Virus record (IMG/VR): IMGVR_UViG_3300037439_000116
Coordinates: 4,562 to 68,561 of that record
DNA length: 64,000 nt
DNA from: a virus
Taxonomy: Duplodnaviria > Caudoviricetes
Direction: 5' to 3' (one strand)
Shown: positions 56,661-63,952 of the stretch, piece after piece
How positions within the stretch are numbered: position 1 is the first letter of the stretch
Layout: each line of letters starts with the position of its first letter
Program-made: the position numbers and the translations under genes
Notes under the pieces: model-generated
What the model was told of the DNA's origin: nothing
Seen by the model: only the letters and a program-made list of their open reading frames with translations
The model's database searches: none

Positions 56661-57101
56661 CTAGTGGCGGCAGCCCTTGCAGTGGACGGCGATGCCGGGG
56701 CAGGCGCCAGAGTGACCGGCGCGGTTGACCAGGAGCAGGCCGAGGACGATGAGGATGACGCCGAAGCCGACGATGCTGGAGAGGTTGACGCCGGAGAGGG
56801 CGCTGGATAGGGCGAGGAAGATGCCGGTGCCGGCCAGGATCACGAAGGCCGCGACCGCGCCGACGAAGGCCAGGGCCTTGCCGATCTCGCCGGCCACGGT
56901 CGGCCGCTTCAGCTTGGGGGCGACGGGGCGGGACTCGCGGACGGTGGCAGTCATCATGTAGCGGCCCGAGCTGAGCTCGGTCGCAGCGGTGAAGCGAACC
57001 AGGCTGCCGGACGCCGTCGCCTTGGACACGTATTCGGCCAGCTGGCTCGCGGTGCCGACGACGGGCCGCTCGACGGCGACCATCTCGGTGCTGCTCTTCA
57101 T
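56661..57101 (-). CDS. membrane protein with C-terminal Cys/His motif
   Basis: two hydrophobic helices; CPGIAVHCKGCRH; AGGAG RBS. Confidence 0.7.
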   Translation of the reverse strand: MKSSTEMVAVERPVVGTASQLAEYVSKATASGSLVRFTAATELSSGRYMMTATVRESRPVAPKLKRPTVAGEIGKALAFVGAVAAFVILAGTGIFLALSSALSGVNLSSIVGFGVILIVLGLLLVNRAGHSGACPGIAVHCKGCRH

Positions 57102-57124
57102 GCTGTCTCCTATCGGTTAGCCAT

Positions 57125-57154
57125 ACTGTACCCACGACCGTTGCCGATCCGCAA
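57125..57154 (-). promoter_or_regulatory. leftward promoter with GTGGGTACAGT box
   Basis: Minus strand TTGCGG-N18-TACAGT; box at 57125-57135. Confidence 0.7.
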
Positions 57155-57156
57155 GA

Positions 57157-57184
57157 AGGCGCCCACCCCGCGGGGTGGGCGCCT
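57157..57184. terminator. terminator hairpin ending the tra operon
   Basis: AGGCGCCCACCCC-GC-GGGGTGGGCGCCT, 13-bp perfect stem. Confidence 0.7.
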
Positions 57185-57201
57185 CTGTGTTGCGTGGTGA
57201 A

Positions 57202-57573
57202 TCAGATGGCGGCGATGGTGGCCGCGATGAGCATGAGCCACGCGCCGACGAAGACGATGGCCTTGACGATGACCAGCGGGAGACTCGGGTAGCTGGTCCG
57301 GCCGGGCCGGTAGGCGATGGCGGTCAGCAGCAGGAGCCCCACGAAGCAGTAGATCGACCACGAGGGCGGGCCGGCGAAGTCACCGACCGCCATGTCCCGG
57401 ACCACGGTCCAGGCCTTGTAGAGGATCCAGCCGATTGCCGCCGCGGCGGCACCAAGGGCCGTCGGCACCATGCCGTAGCGCTTGAAGGTGTACCAGCCCG
57501 CGTGGTTGCGGCCGAACTTCTCGGCCGCCGCCTTCTCGGCCGCTTCGTTCCATTGCTCCTTGGTCAGGGCCAT
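57202..57573 (-). CDS. multi-pass membrane protein (Spd-like candidate)
   Basis: three hydrophobic helices; last gene of operon containing traB. Confidence 0.65.
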   Translation of the reverse strand: MALTKEQWNEAAEKAAAEKFGRNHAGWYTFKRYGMVPTALGAAAAAIGWILYKAWTVVRDMAVGDFAGPPSWSIYCFVGLLLLTAIAYRPGRTSYPSLPLVIVKAIVFVGAWLMLIAATIAAI

Positions 57574-57599
57574 CGTCTCTCCTCGGTCGCTCGCGCTTA

Positions 57600-57965
57600 T
57601 TACAGCACGAAGCCCCCCGACCCCTGCCCGTTCGCGGCCTGGTCCGCCTTGTGCCGCAGCACCGACGCGCAGTGCGCGACCGAGCCCATGTTGCTGGAGA
57701 TGTTCTTCAGGTCGTCCGCCGCAGCCACCATGGCCGAGCGGATGCGGTCGATGGAGGCGACGATCGAGCCGACGTACTCACCGACGACGGACTCCGGGAT
57801 GCCCTTCGCCCGAGCGGACGTGGTCAGGCGATTCTCAAGGTCGTCGTGCAGCAGGTTCTCCCACTCGACGCCTTCGTCGATCAGCTTGTTGCGGAGGTTC
57901 AGGAGGCGGGAGTCGGACGCCTCGGCGAAATTGATCAGGGCCTGACTGGAGCGGATCTTCGACAT
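57600..57965 (-). CDS. helical protein, TraA-like size
   Basis: GGAG RBS, all-alpha 121 aa. Confidence 0.7.
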   Translation of the reverse strand: MSKIRSSQALINFAEASDSRLLNLRNKLIDEGVEWENLLHDDLENRLTTSARAKGIPESVVGEYVGSIVASIDRIRSAMVAAADDLKNISSNMGSVAHCASVLRHKADQAANGQGSGGFVL

Positions 57966-57974
57966 GTTCGTCTC

Positions 57975-58304
57975 CTAGAGGTCGAAGGAATCGGACGTGG
58001 ACTCGCGCGCCTTACGGGCCGCATTGCGGCAGCTGTCGAATGCCGCAGCGGCCGAACTGAGGGCCCCGAAAAGGCCCGCGGCGTTCGAGTGCGCGCGGCT
58101 CAGGTGGTCGCTGAGAGTGGCCATCATCTGATTTGCCTTGGCGACAGGCACGCCCGAGGAAATCATCTCCCGCTCGATGGCGTCGAACACGCTCGCCCAT
58201 CCCGTGTTGCCCAGAAGAATGCGGATCGGCTCAACCACCCCCGTCATTTCCGCCAGCGTGCTCGTCATGGCCTTGGCTGTTCTCGGTACGGATACCGTGT
58301 CCAT
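57975..58304 (-). CDS. helical protein, TraA-like size
   Basis: GAGGA RBS, all-alpha 109 aa. Confidence 0.7.
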   Translation of the reverse strand: MDTVSVPRTAKAMTSTLAEMTGVVEPIRILLGNTGWASVFDAIEREMISSGVPVAKANQMMATLSDHLSRAHSNAAGLFGALSSAAAAFDSCRNAARKARESTSDSFDL

Positions 58305-58557
58305 CTTGGGTCCTCTCGGTGATGGTGTGGATCTTCTTCAGCACCTGCTCTGCGAGCCCCGCAACTTGAGCTGCGGGCCCCGCAAGCTCCTCGGCCGCGT
58401 CGAGCGCCTCCCCCGCAAGCCGGTCCGCAACTTCGGGGTCGCAACCTGCCCGCAAAAGTGCGGCCGTCCAGTCCGCAACCTGCTCGGCGTCCGGGACCGT
58501 GTAGCGGGTTGCGGCCACCCGCAAAAAGGCGGCCGCAACTTCGGCCTCGGAGGTCAC
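58231..58557 (-). CDS. hypothetical Ala-rich protein
   Basis: GTGA coupling to traA-like stop; carries CCGCAA repeats. Confidence 0.55.
   Translation of the reverse strand: MTSEAEVAAAFLRVAATRYTVPDAEQVADWTAALLRAGCDPEVADRLAGEALDAAEELAGPAAQVAGLAEQVLKKIHTITERTQDGHGIRTENSQGHDEHAGGNDGGG
58359..58538. repeat. dense CCGCAA repeat cluster
   Basis: CCGCAA at 58359, 58380, 58413, 58425, 58450, 58473, 58519, 58533; TCGCAA at 58439; inverted TTGCGG at 58509. Confidence 0.8.
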
Positions 58558-58904
58558 TTGCCGGCGTCGAACCGGCCGGCGTGCTGGCCTGCGGCTGCGG
58601 GCGCAAACGTGCCCTCGAAGATCGTGTTCGCTCGGGTGAGGGCGACGGCCGCAGCGATCTGCGAGGCGGCCGAATGGTTCAGGTGGTAGGCGATCTGGAT
58701 GGCCGCGATCCGGAGGTCGGCACCCATCCAGCCCTTCCGGCCCCGGACGTTCGTAGCCTTCGGGAGCTCCTTGCGCAGGACGGCGGCGACCGCCTGGAGG
58801 CTGCCCGCGTTGCCGTTGAACTCGGCCCGGACGTCGGCGACCATGGCCTCCCACTCGCTCGTGTTGGACGGGGTGATGATCCCCGAGTAGCCCGTACTGC
58901 TCAT
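58554..58904 (-). CDS. plasmid transfer protein TraA-like
   Basis: All-alpha 116 aa right after traB; IAYHLNHSAASQIAAAVAL..ANTIFEGTF resembles Streptomyces plasmid TraA C-terminus. Confidence 0.5.
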   Translation of the reverse strand: MSSTGYSGIITPSNTSEWEAMVADVRAEFNGNAGSLQAVAAVLRKELPKATNVRGRKGWMGADLRIAAIQIAYHLNHSAASQIAAAVALTRANTIFEGTFAPAAAGQHAGRFDAGK

Positions 58905-58915
58905 GTCTCGTCTCC

Positions 58916-59058
58916 TGTCAGATAGTCCGCTTGTATACGATCCGTTACCGTCGGGTCCTGTCAGATAGCAGGTGTCAGATGTCAGATGGCAGGGTGTCAG
59001 ATCCAAATCCCCTATAGGCAGAGAGATCCACGCGGCCTGTCAGGTGTCAGCTGACACC
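58916..59058. repeat. TGTCAG(A/G/C)T 8-mer array, clt-like candidate
   Basis: TGTCAGAT at 58916, 58959, 58973, 58980, 58995; TGTCAGGT 59038; TGTCAGCT 59045; palindrome GGTGTCAGCTGACACC 59043-59058. Confidence 0.8.
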
Positions 59059-59065
59059 CTCACGA

Positions 59066-61411
59066 TCAGTGATCACGCTTCAGCCGGTACTTTCCCTTCG
59101 TCCGACCGAGGTCCGGAGCGGGCATCAGCGTCTTGCCGCCATCGAGTTCGATCTCCCCGAGAGCAGCCTGCTGGAAGCTCTCGATGAACCACGGCCGGCT
59201 CCGGTAGGGGTACCGATCGACCACCAAGCTGACCGTGATGACGACCGTCCGACCCGTCGGGTCGGCCGGATCGCGCAGGGCCTCGTCGGCGAGCAGTTCG
59301 TCGAACGACTTGTTCAGCGCGACCAGTGCAGCCGCCCGGTCCCGCGGTGCCGGCTTGTCGTCGCCCCAGGAGACGTCCGCGGCACCGGTCTTCAGTGGCT
59401 CGGTCGCCTGGCTCATATTGCCGCGCTCGCCCGTCACCGGGTCCGGGGGGTACAGGTCGATGCCGTCCACGTTCTTCGCCTCCCGCAAGTTCTGCTTCAT
59501 GTCCTCCGCGACCTCTGCGGGGTCCTCGTCCGCAAAGTCGAACCCGTCATCGTCGTCCGGCACAGCGGCCGCCCGTCGACCTGCGGTCCGCAACTCCTCC
59601 GCATACTCGTCTCCCTCGTTCTCGGTTTGCGGGGTGTTTGCGGGGTCGGTTTGCGGGGTCCCCTGCTGGAGCAGGACGGCCCGGATGCGCTCCGTCTCGG
59701 CCACGGCGTTGTGCCACCAAATGGTGCCGTCGTCCTGTCGGGTCGCCATGACCGAACCCTGATCGAGCTTGGCCATCCGCGGTGCCCATTCGAGGTTCCG
59801 CTTCAGCATCTTCTCGACGAGGACGTCCTTGTCCTCGTCGCCAAAGGTGCGGTTCGGAACGGGGAACATCTCCTCGTCGATCCCAAGGCCTTCGACGTAG
59901 AAATAGCCGGGCTTGCGGGCCTTCCAATAGTCGGGTCGCGCACCTGCCTTAATGGTCGGCTCGCTGAGCGCGAAAATGGCGGACTGGTCGTCGCTCGTGC
60001 CGAAGCAGAGCGAGGTGCCGAGGTTGAATCGCAGGCCGGTCGGCATCTGCGTGTGGTCGGCACGCTGCATGGAGAAGCCGATGACGATGCCGAGGCTCAG
60101 GCACTTGCTGGCGATCGTCTGGCAGCGGAAGCCGTCGGACTGCAGGATCGAGTCCGCCTCGCCGACGTGCACGATCAGCTCGGGCATGGGCTCCATCTGC
60201 TCGCGCCGGCCCGCCTCGTTGGTGCGCCACTTCGGCTCGTGGAAGCAGTCCTTCACCGAGTAGGCCGAGATGCCGAACCGGCCGAGCTGGGCCTGGCGGT
60301 ACTTCATGATCTTCTCGACCTGCGTGAAGGCTGCGCGGTACTCGCCGCCCGTGTCGCCGTCGGCCTCGATGACCGCGACCTCGGTGACGGGGCAGACGGG
60401 ACGCAGATCCTGCATGCCCTTGCTCTTGTTGAGGTAGAGGATCACGTCGTCGCGACGGGTGCCGAACTCGGTGAGCATGGTGTTCTCGCCGACGGTCTTG
60501 CCCGCGCGGGACATCCCCATGAACAGGTAGTTGGACGGGGCCGTGATGTCGGTGGGCGTCTTGGGTCCGCCCGGTCCACCGACGTAGATCGTGACCTTCG
60601 TGCCCATGGCCGAGACGGCGATCACGGCGCCGTCGGCCACGGAGCCGCCGGGGCTGGACGGCTCGGGGAGCATCTGCTTCTTGATCAGCGGGTCGGTATG
60701 CATCAGGCGGAGCTTGCTGCGGTCGGCGCGGTCGCCACCGGTCGCGGTGGACATGCCGCCGGGCGAGCCGGTGGAGGACTCGATGTTGGCCTTGGCGTCC
60801 TGCAAGGTCTCCACGGTGTCGCCGTCGGCGTGGTCGAACTCGACCTCGGTGGCGATGAGCTCCCCGTCGTCGCCGTGGATCGGCTTGATGCTGCGGGCCT
60901 TCCAGCCCTTGAGCTTCTTGAGCCAGTCCGGGCCGTCCTTCTCGGCCTCGTCGCTCTTGTCATTGCGGGTGACGTCCAGACGGGCGATGGACCACGTCAC
61001 GGCGACGAGCCAGCCGGCGAGGATGAACAGGCCGGACCATAGCCAGCTCACGCCGACGCCGGCGTTGATGGCGAACAGCAGACCGAGCGCTGAGACGGAG
61101 CCGGCCAGGGCCGCCTGCTTGCCGCGCTCGCGGTGCTTGGCGAAGTCCCACGCCAGCGTGGACAGGCCGACGGTGGCCAGCACGAAGAAGGTGTTGGCGA
61201 GCAGGGGGGCGGCGGGGCTGGTCTTGACCGTCCAGTCGAGCGGGCCCCAGTGCAGGTCGACGCCGTGGGTCCAGACGTAGATCAGCCACGCGACGGGCAG
61301 GCCGGTGAACGGGGCGAGGAACAGGCCGAGGAAGCGGTGCGGCTGGTCGTGGACCTTGCGGCTACCGCCGCGCTCAGTGCTGGTCGTCGTGGTCTTCGTG
61401 CGCGTGGCCAT
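59066..61411 (-). CDS. traB: TraB-like FtsK/SpoIIIE conjugative DNA translocase
   Basis: N-terminal TM helices; GMSRAGKT Walker A; LSLGIVIGFSMQRADHTQMPT, GARPDYWKARKPGYFY; C-terminal wHTH with RSRPW. Confidence 0.85.
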   Translation of the reverse strand: MATRTKTTTTSTERGGSRKVHDQPHRFLGLFLAPFTGLPVAWLIYVWTHGVDLHWGPLDWTVKTSPAAPLLANTFFVLATVGLSTLAWDFAKHRERGKQAALAGSVSALGLLFAINAGVGVSWLWSGLFILAGWLVAVTWSIARLDVTRNDKSDEAEKDGPDWLKKLKGWKARSIKPIHGDDGELIATEVEFDHADGDTVETLQDAKANIESSTGSPGGMSTATGGDRADRSKLRLMHTDPLIKKQMLPEPSSPGGSVADGAVIAVSAMGTKVTIYVGGPGGPKTPTDITAPSNYLFMGMSRAGKTVGENTMLTEFGTRRDDVILYLNKSKGMQDLRPVCPVTEVAVIEADGDTGGEYRAAFTQVEKIMKYRQAQLGRFGISAYSVKDCFHEPKWRTNEAGRREQMEPMPELIVHVGEADSILQSDGFRCQTIASKCLSLGIVIGFSMQRADHTQMPTGLRFNLGTSLCFGTSDDQSAIFALSEPTIKAGARPDYWKARKPGYFYVEGLGIDEEMFPVPNRTFGDEDKDVLVEKMLKRNLEWAPRMAKLDQGSVMATRQDDGTIWWHNAVAETERIRAVLLQQGTPQTDPANTPQTENEGDEYAEELRTAGRRAAAVPDDDDGFDFADEDPAEVAEDMKQNLREAKNVDGIDLYPPDPVTGERGNMSQATEPLKTGAADVSWGDDKPAPRDRAAALVALNKSFDELLADEALRDPADPTGRTVVITVSLVVDRYPYRSRPWFIESFQQAALGEIELDGGKTLMPAPDLGRTKGKYRLKRDH
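59588..59658. repeat. CCCCGCAAA repeats inside traB
   Basis: TTTGCGGGG at 59626, 59637, 59650; CCGCAA at 59588. Confidence 0.7.
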
Positions 61412-61598
61412 CGGTGCCTCCTTCCAGGAACGAGCGGACGTCGGACTCGCGGACGCGGTGATGGCCGCCGGGGGTCGGGGTGGACGCGACACGGCCGGCG
61501 CGGATCCACCGGGCCACAGTGGCCGTATCGACCCTGAACAGCGCGCCGACCTCGGCCGTGGTCAGCAGCCGATCGCCGCCGAGCAGGTCGTCACCCAC
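61374..61598 (-). CDS. BldC/excisionase-family MerR-like HTH protein
   Basis: LLTTAEVGALFRVDTATVARWIRAGRVASTPTPGGHHRVRESDV closely follows the BldC pattern. Confidence 0.85.
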   Translation of the reverse strand: MGDDLLGGDRLLTTAEVGALFRVDTATVARWIRAGRVASTPTPGGHHRVRESDVRSFLEGGTDGHAHEDHDDQH

Positions 61599-61815
61599 GG
61601 TGGGTGTTCCGTTCCGCGGCGTACAGGATGCTGCCGATCTCGTGGGCTTCCCAGTCGGTCAGCCGCGCGGGGATCAGGTGGCCATCATCGTTGCGCACGT
61701 CAAACAGGACGGCGCCCGAGACCACGGTCACCCGCGCGGTGCCTCCGGCCTCCAGCGCCACACTCGCGGTATACGTCGGCTTCTCACCGGTATAGATCAA
61801 TTCGTCGCTCATCAT
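61591..61815 (-). CDS. small hypothetical protein
   Basis: GAGGAG RBS; first gene of tra operon. Confidence 0.65.
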   Translation of the reverse strand: MMSDELIYTGEKPTYTASVALEAGGTARVTVVSGAVLFDVRNDDGHLIPARLTDWEAHEIGSILYAAERNTHRG

Positions 61816-61884
61816 CTCTCCTCTCGTCTTACGCAGTCTATCGCGTCCGTGCGCGCCGTGCACGCCATGTCCGTTTTCTGGCAC

Positions 61885-61913
61885 GAAAAAGCCCCGCCGT
61901 CGCGGCGGGGCTC
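61885..61913 (-). terminator. intrinsic terminator
   Basis: Minus strand GAGCCCCGCCG-loop-CGGCGGGGCT followed by TTTTC. Confidence 0.75.
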
Positions 61914-61930
61914 GATCGGTCTGGCTTGGG

Positions 61931-62071
61931 TCAGGCGGCGAGTGCGTCGACGCCCGGGCAGGTTCCGTGCGGCGCATGGCTCAGGCCCATGCGGCGGGCG
62001 CGGCACGCCTCGGCGAGCGGCTGGCGGGCGATCATCCGGACTGCGCGACGGGGGCTGGTCTTGACGCTCAT
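61931..62071 (-). CDS. small basic protein
   Basis: 46 aa between promoter box and terminator, GGAG RBS. Confidence 0.5.
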   Translation of the reverse strand: MSVKTSPRRAVRMIARQPLAEACRARRMGLSHAPHGTCPGVDALAA

Positions 62072-62101
62072 CTCGGTTCTCCATCTCTCGGCTGTGTCTC
62101 T

Positions 62102-62137
62102 ACTGTACCCACAGTAGGCCGGAGGGCGCAAGGGTCA
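62102..62137 (-). promoter_or_regulatory. leftward promoter with GTGGGTACAGT box
   Basis: Minus strand TTGCGC-N18-TACAGT, also TTGACC-N16-TACTGT; box at 62102-62112. Confidence 0.7.
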
Positions 62138-62887
62138 ACGGGTGAGTTTCTTGACGGCCTTCGACGTGCGCCAGAAGGTGACCCACGCGAGCGCCACGCC
62201 GATCGCTGGCGGGAGCCACCACGTGACCGAGGGCCAGGGCAGGTGCATGTTCACCACGACGCGGGCGGCGAGGTAGGTGAAGACCGCGGCGAGGAGCAGG
62301 ACCGCGACCACGCGCCATGCGGTTCGCCGCCGGCGGGCGGCCTCACGAGCCCGGCGCTGCTGCTCGCGCGCAGACACGGGTCGCGGACGGGCCGGCTGTG
62401 GAGCCACACGGTGGCGCGGCACCGGGCGGGGCTGCTCACCGAATGGGCGGACTGGGCGGACGCCGTTGTGGATCGTCTTCTTGCGGTCGATCCAATCGGC
62501 CTCGGCGCGGCGTAGTGCTGCCTCATCCGCTTCGGGGTCGCCGGTGACATAGACCCGTTCGAGGATGCGCCAGCCGTCGCGGCCGGGAAGGATGTCCGCC
62601 TTCCACGGGTCACGGGCGACGGACTGGGCGCTGGTGTGCGCGCTGGCGCTGGAGCCGTGCACGCGCTCCTGCACCGCCTTCGGCGTCGGGCCGACGCACT
62701 TGCCGACGTAGGCCGAAGTGCCCGGCGCCTGACCGCGCGTCTTGAGCTCGTAGACGAAGCCGAAGATCGGGCGGCGAGCGCGGCGGTCGGCGACTACGCG
62801 CGACTCGGTCGTGTGACCGGCCCACGGGTCGGCCGGGACGCCCCGGACGACAGGTGCGTCGCCGGGGCCCCAGAACGCCTGCGTCAT
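62135..62887 (-). CDS. GIY-YIG-like nuclease domain with C-terminal transmembrane helices
   Basis: GFVYEL...AYVGK...ERVH...AEADWI..KK..HN; two C-terminal hydrophobic helices. Confidence 0.6.
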   Translation of the reverse strand: MTQAFWGPGDAPVVRGVPADPWAGHTTESRVVADRRARRPIFGFVYELKTRGQAPGTSAYVGKCVGPTPKAVQERVHGSSASAHTSAQSVARDPWKADILPGRDGWRILERVYVTGDPEADEAALRRAEADWIDRKKTIHNGVRPVRPFGEQPRPVPRHRVAPQPARPRPVSAREQQRRAREAARRRRTAWRVVAVLLLAAVFTYLAARVVVNMHLPWPSVTWWLPPAIGVALAWVTFWRTSKAVKKLTR

Positions 62888-63279
62888 GACAGGTCCGCCA
62901 GCGACGCTTGCGCCGTGACGACCGCCTGACGGATCGTCTCCAGATCGGTCAGCACGGCGTCCAGGTCGTCGGTGCCGCCCCGCAGTCGGGTCTTCTCGAT
63001 TGCCCACAGCACCTCGCCGCGGGCGTGGTTCAGCTTCCGACGCCGGGCGGCATGCGCCAGTTCTGCGTCATCGGGAGCGACGAGGAGAAGGCGAGCGGAG
63101 TCGTACTGGTCCTTGCCGAACTCTGACAGGTCGTCCAGCCGGAAGCGGATCTCCTGGCGAGACGCACAGGACACGACGACCTGCGTCTTGGTGGCGCGCC
63201 AGCCGGTGATCGGCTGGACGACGGTGCGCCTCCGGTTGGTCACGACCGCGTTGGCGATCCAGTTCGGGACGGTGGTCAT
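62884..63279 (-). CDS. hypothetical protein
   Basis: 131 aa, GGAGG RBS, ATGA coupling. Confidence 0.7.
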   Translation of the reverse strand: MTTVPNWIANAVVTNRRRTVVQPITGWRATKTQVVVSCASRQEIRFRLDDLSEFGKDQYDSARLLLVAPDDAELAHAARRRKLNHARGEVLWAIEKTRLRGGTDDLDAVLTDLETIRQAVVTAQASLADLS

Positions 63280-63282
63280 GGA

Positions 63283-63582
63283 TCAGCCCTCCAGGTCGGT
63301 GAGGTAGGAGATGGAGCAGGAGTTCCAGGTCATCGAGCGGTAGCGGGGGAGCGCCTCGATCGCGTCGGCCAGCGCGCGGGCGTCGGTGCCCTCGGGGAAC
63401 GTGATCACGGTGCGAATGCGCTCGGTCAGGTCCGTGGCGTACGCGCGGTCCGAGGCGATGGTGGCCGGCGCGGGCGAGAACATCAGGTGGCGCCGAACCA
63501 GCAGGCGAGCCGTCTTGGTCGCCTCGGCGAGCGGGCTGACCTTGCGGGCCTTGCTCTTGACGGTGCGTCCGCTGGTGTACAT
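63283..63582 (-). CDS. hypothetical protein
   Basis: 99 aa, GAGAG RBS. Confidence 0.65.
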   Translation of the reverse strand: MYTSGRTVKSKARKVSPLAEATKTARLLVRRHLMFSPAPATIASDRAYATDLTERIRTVITFPEGTDARALADAIEALPRYRSMTWNSCSISYLTDLEG

Positions 63583-63612
63583 CGGGTGCTCGCTCTCTCT
63601 TGGTGTGCCTTA

Positions 63613-63642
63613 ACTGTACCTACACTAACGCCCGGAGCGCAA
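63613..63642 (-). promoter_or_regulatory. leftward promoter with variant box GTAGGTACAGT
   Basis: Minus strand TTGCGC-N18-TACAGT; box at 63613-63623. Confidence 0.65.
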
Positions 63643-63667
63643 GCCCCGGGCGCGGTGTGGCACGTTC

Positions 63668-63943
63668 CTACTTCCGACAGTGGTGGCCGGCGTCGTGCTT
63701 GCCCCACGTCCGGCAGCCAGCGTCGACGCAGCGGCGGCACTGGTCGACATGGGCGGCGGCGAACTGCCGGGCGTCGGCCAGGGCGAAGCGCTCGCGCGAG
63801 TCGGTGAGCATGTCGTCGATCGGGCCGAACGGGTCGTAGGCCGGGGTGCAGCCCGCGCAGTAGGCGGCGACCGAGCCGTCGTCGCGCTGGACGAGTTCCA
63901 CGCGGGCGGTCAGGTTGTCGTTGTAGACGAACAGGCGGGCCAT
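63668..63943 (-). CDS. small Cys-rich hypothetical protein
   Basis: CAGC, CRRC, C..W..H motifs; GGAG RBS. Confidence 0.7.
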   Translation of the reverse strand: MARLFVYNDNLTARVELVQRDDGSVAAYCAGCTPAYDPFGPIDDMLTDSRERFALADARQFAAAHVDQCRRCVDAGCRTWGKHDAGHHCRK

Positions 63944-63952
63944 GGCGCTCTC

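Noticed and set aside
59069-61042. 657-aa + strand ORF
   Set aside because: Antisense shadow of traB.
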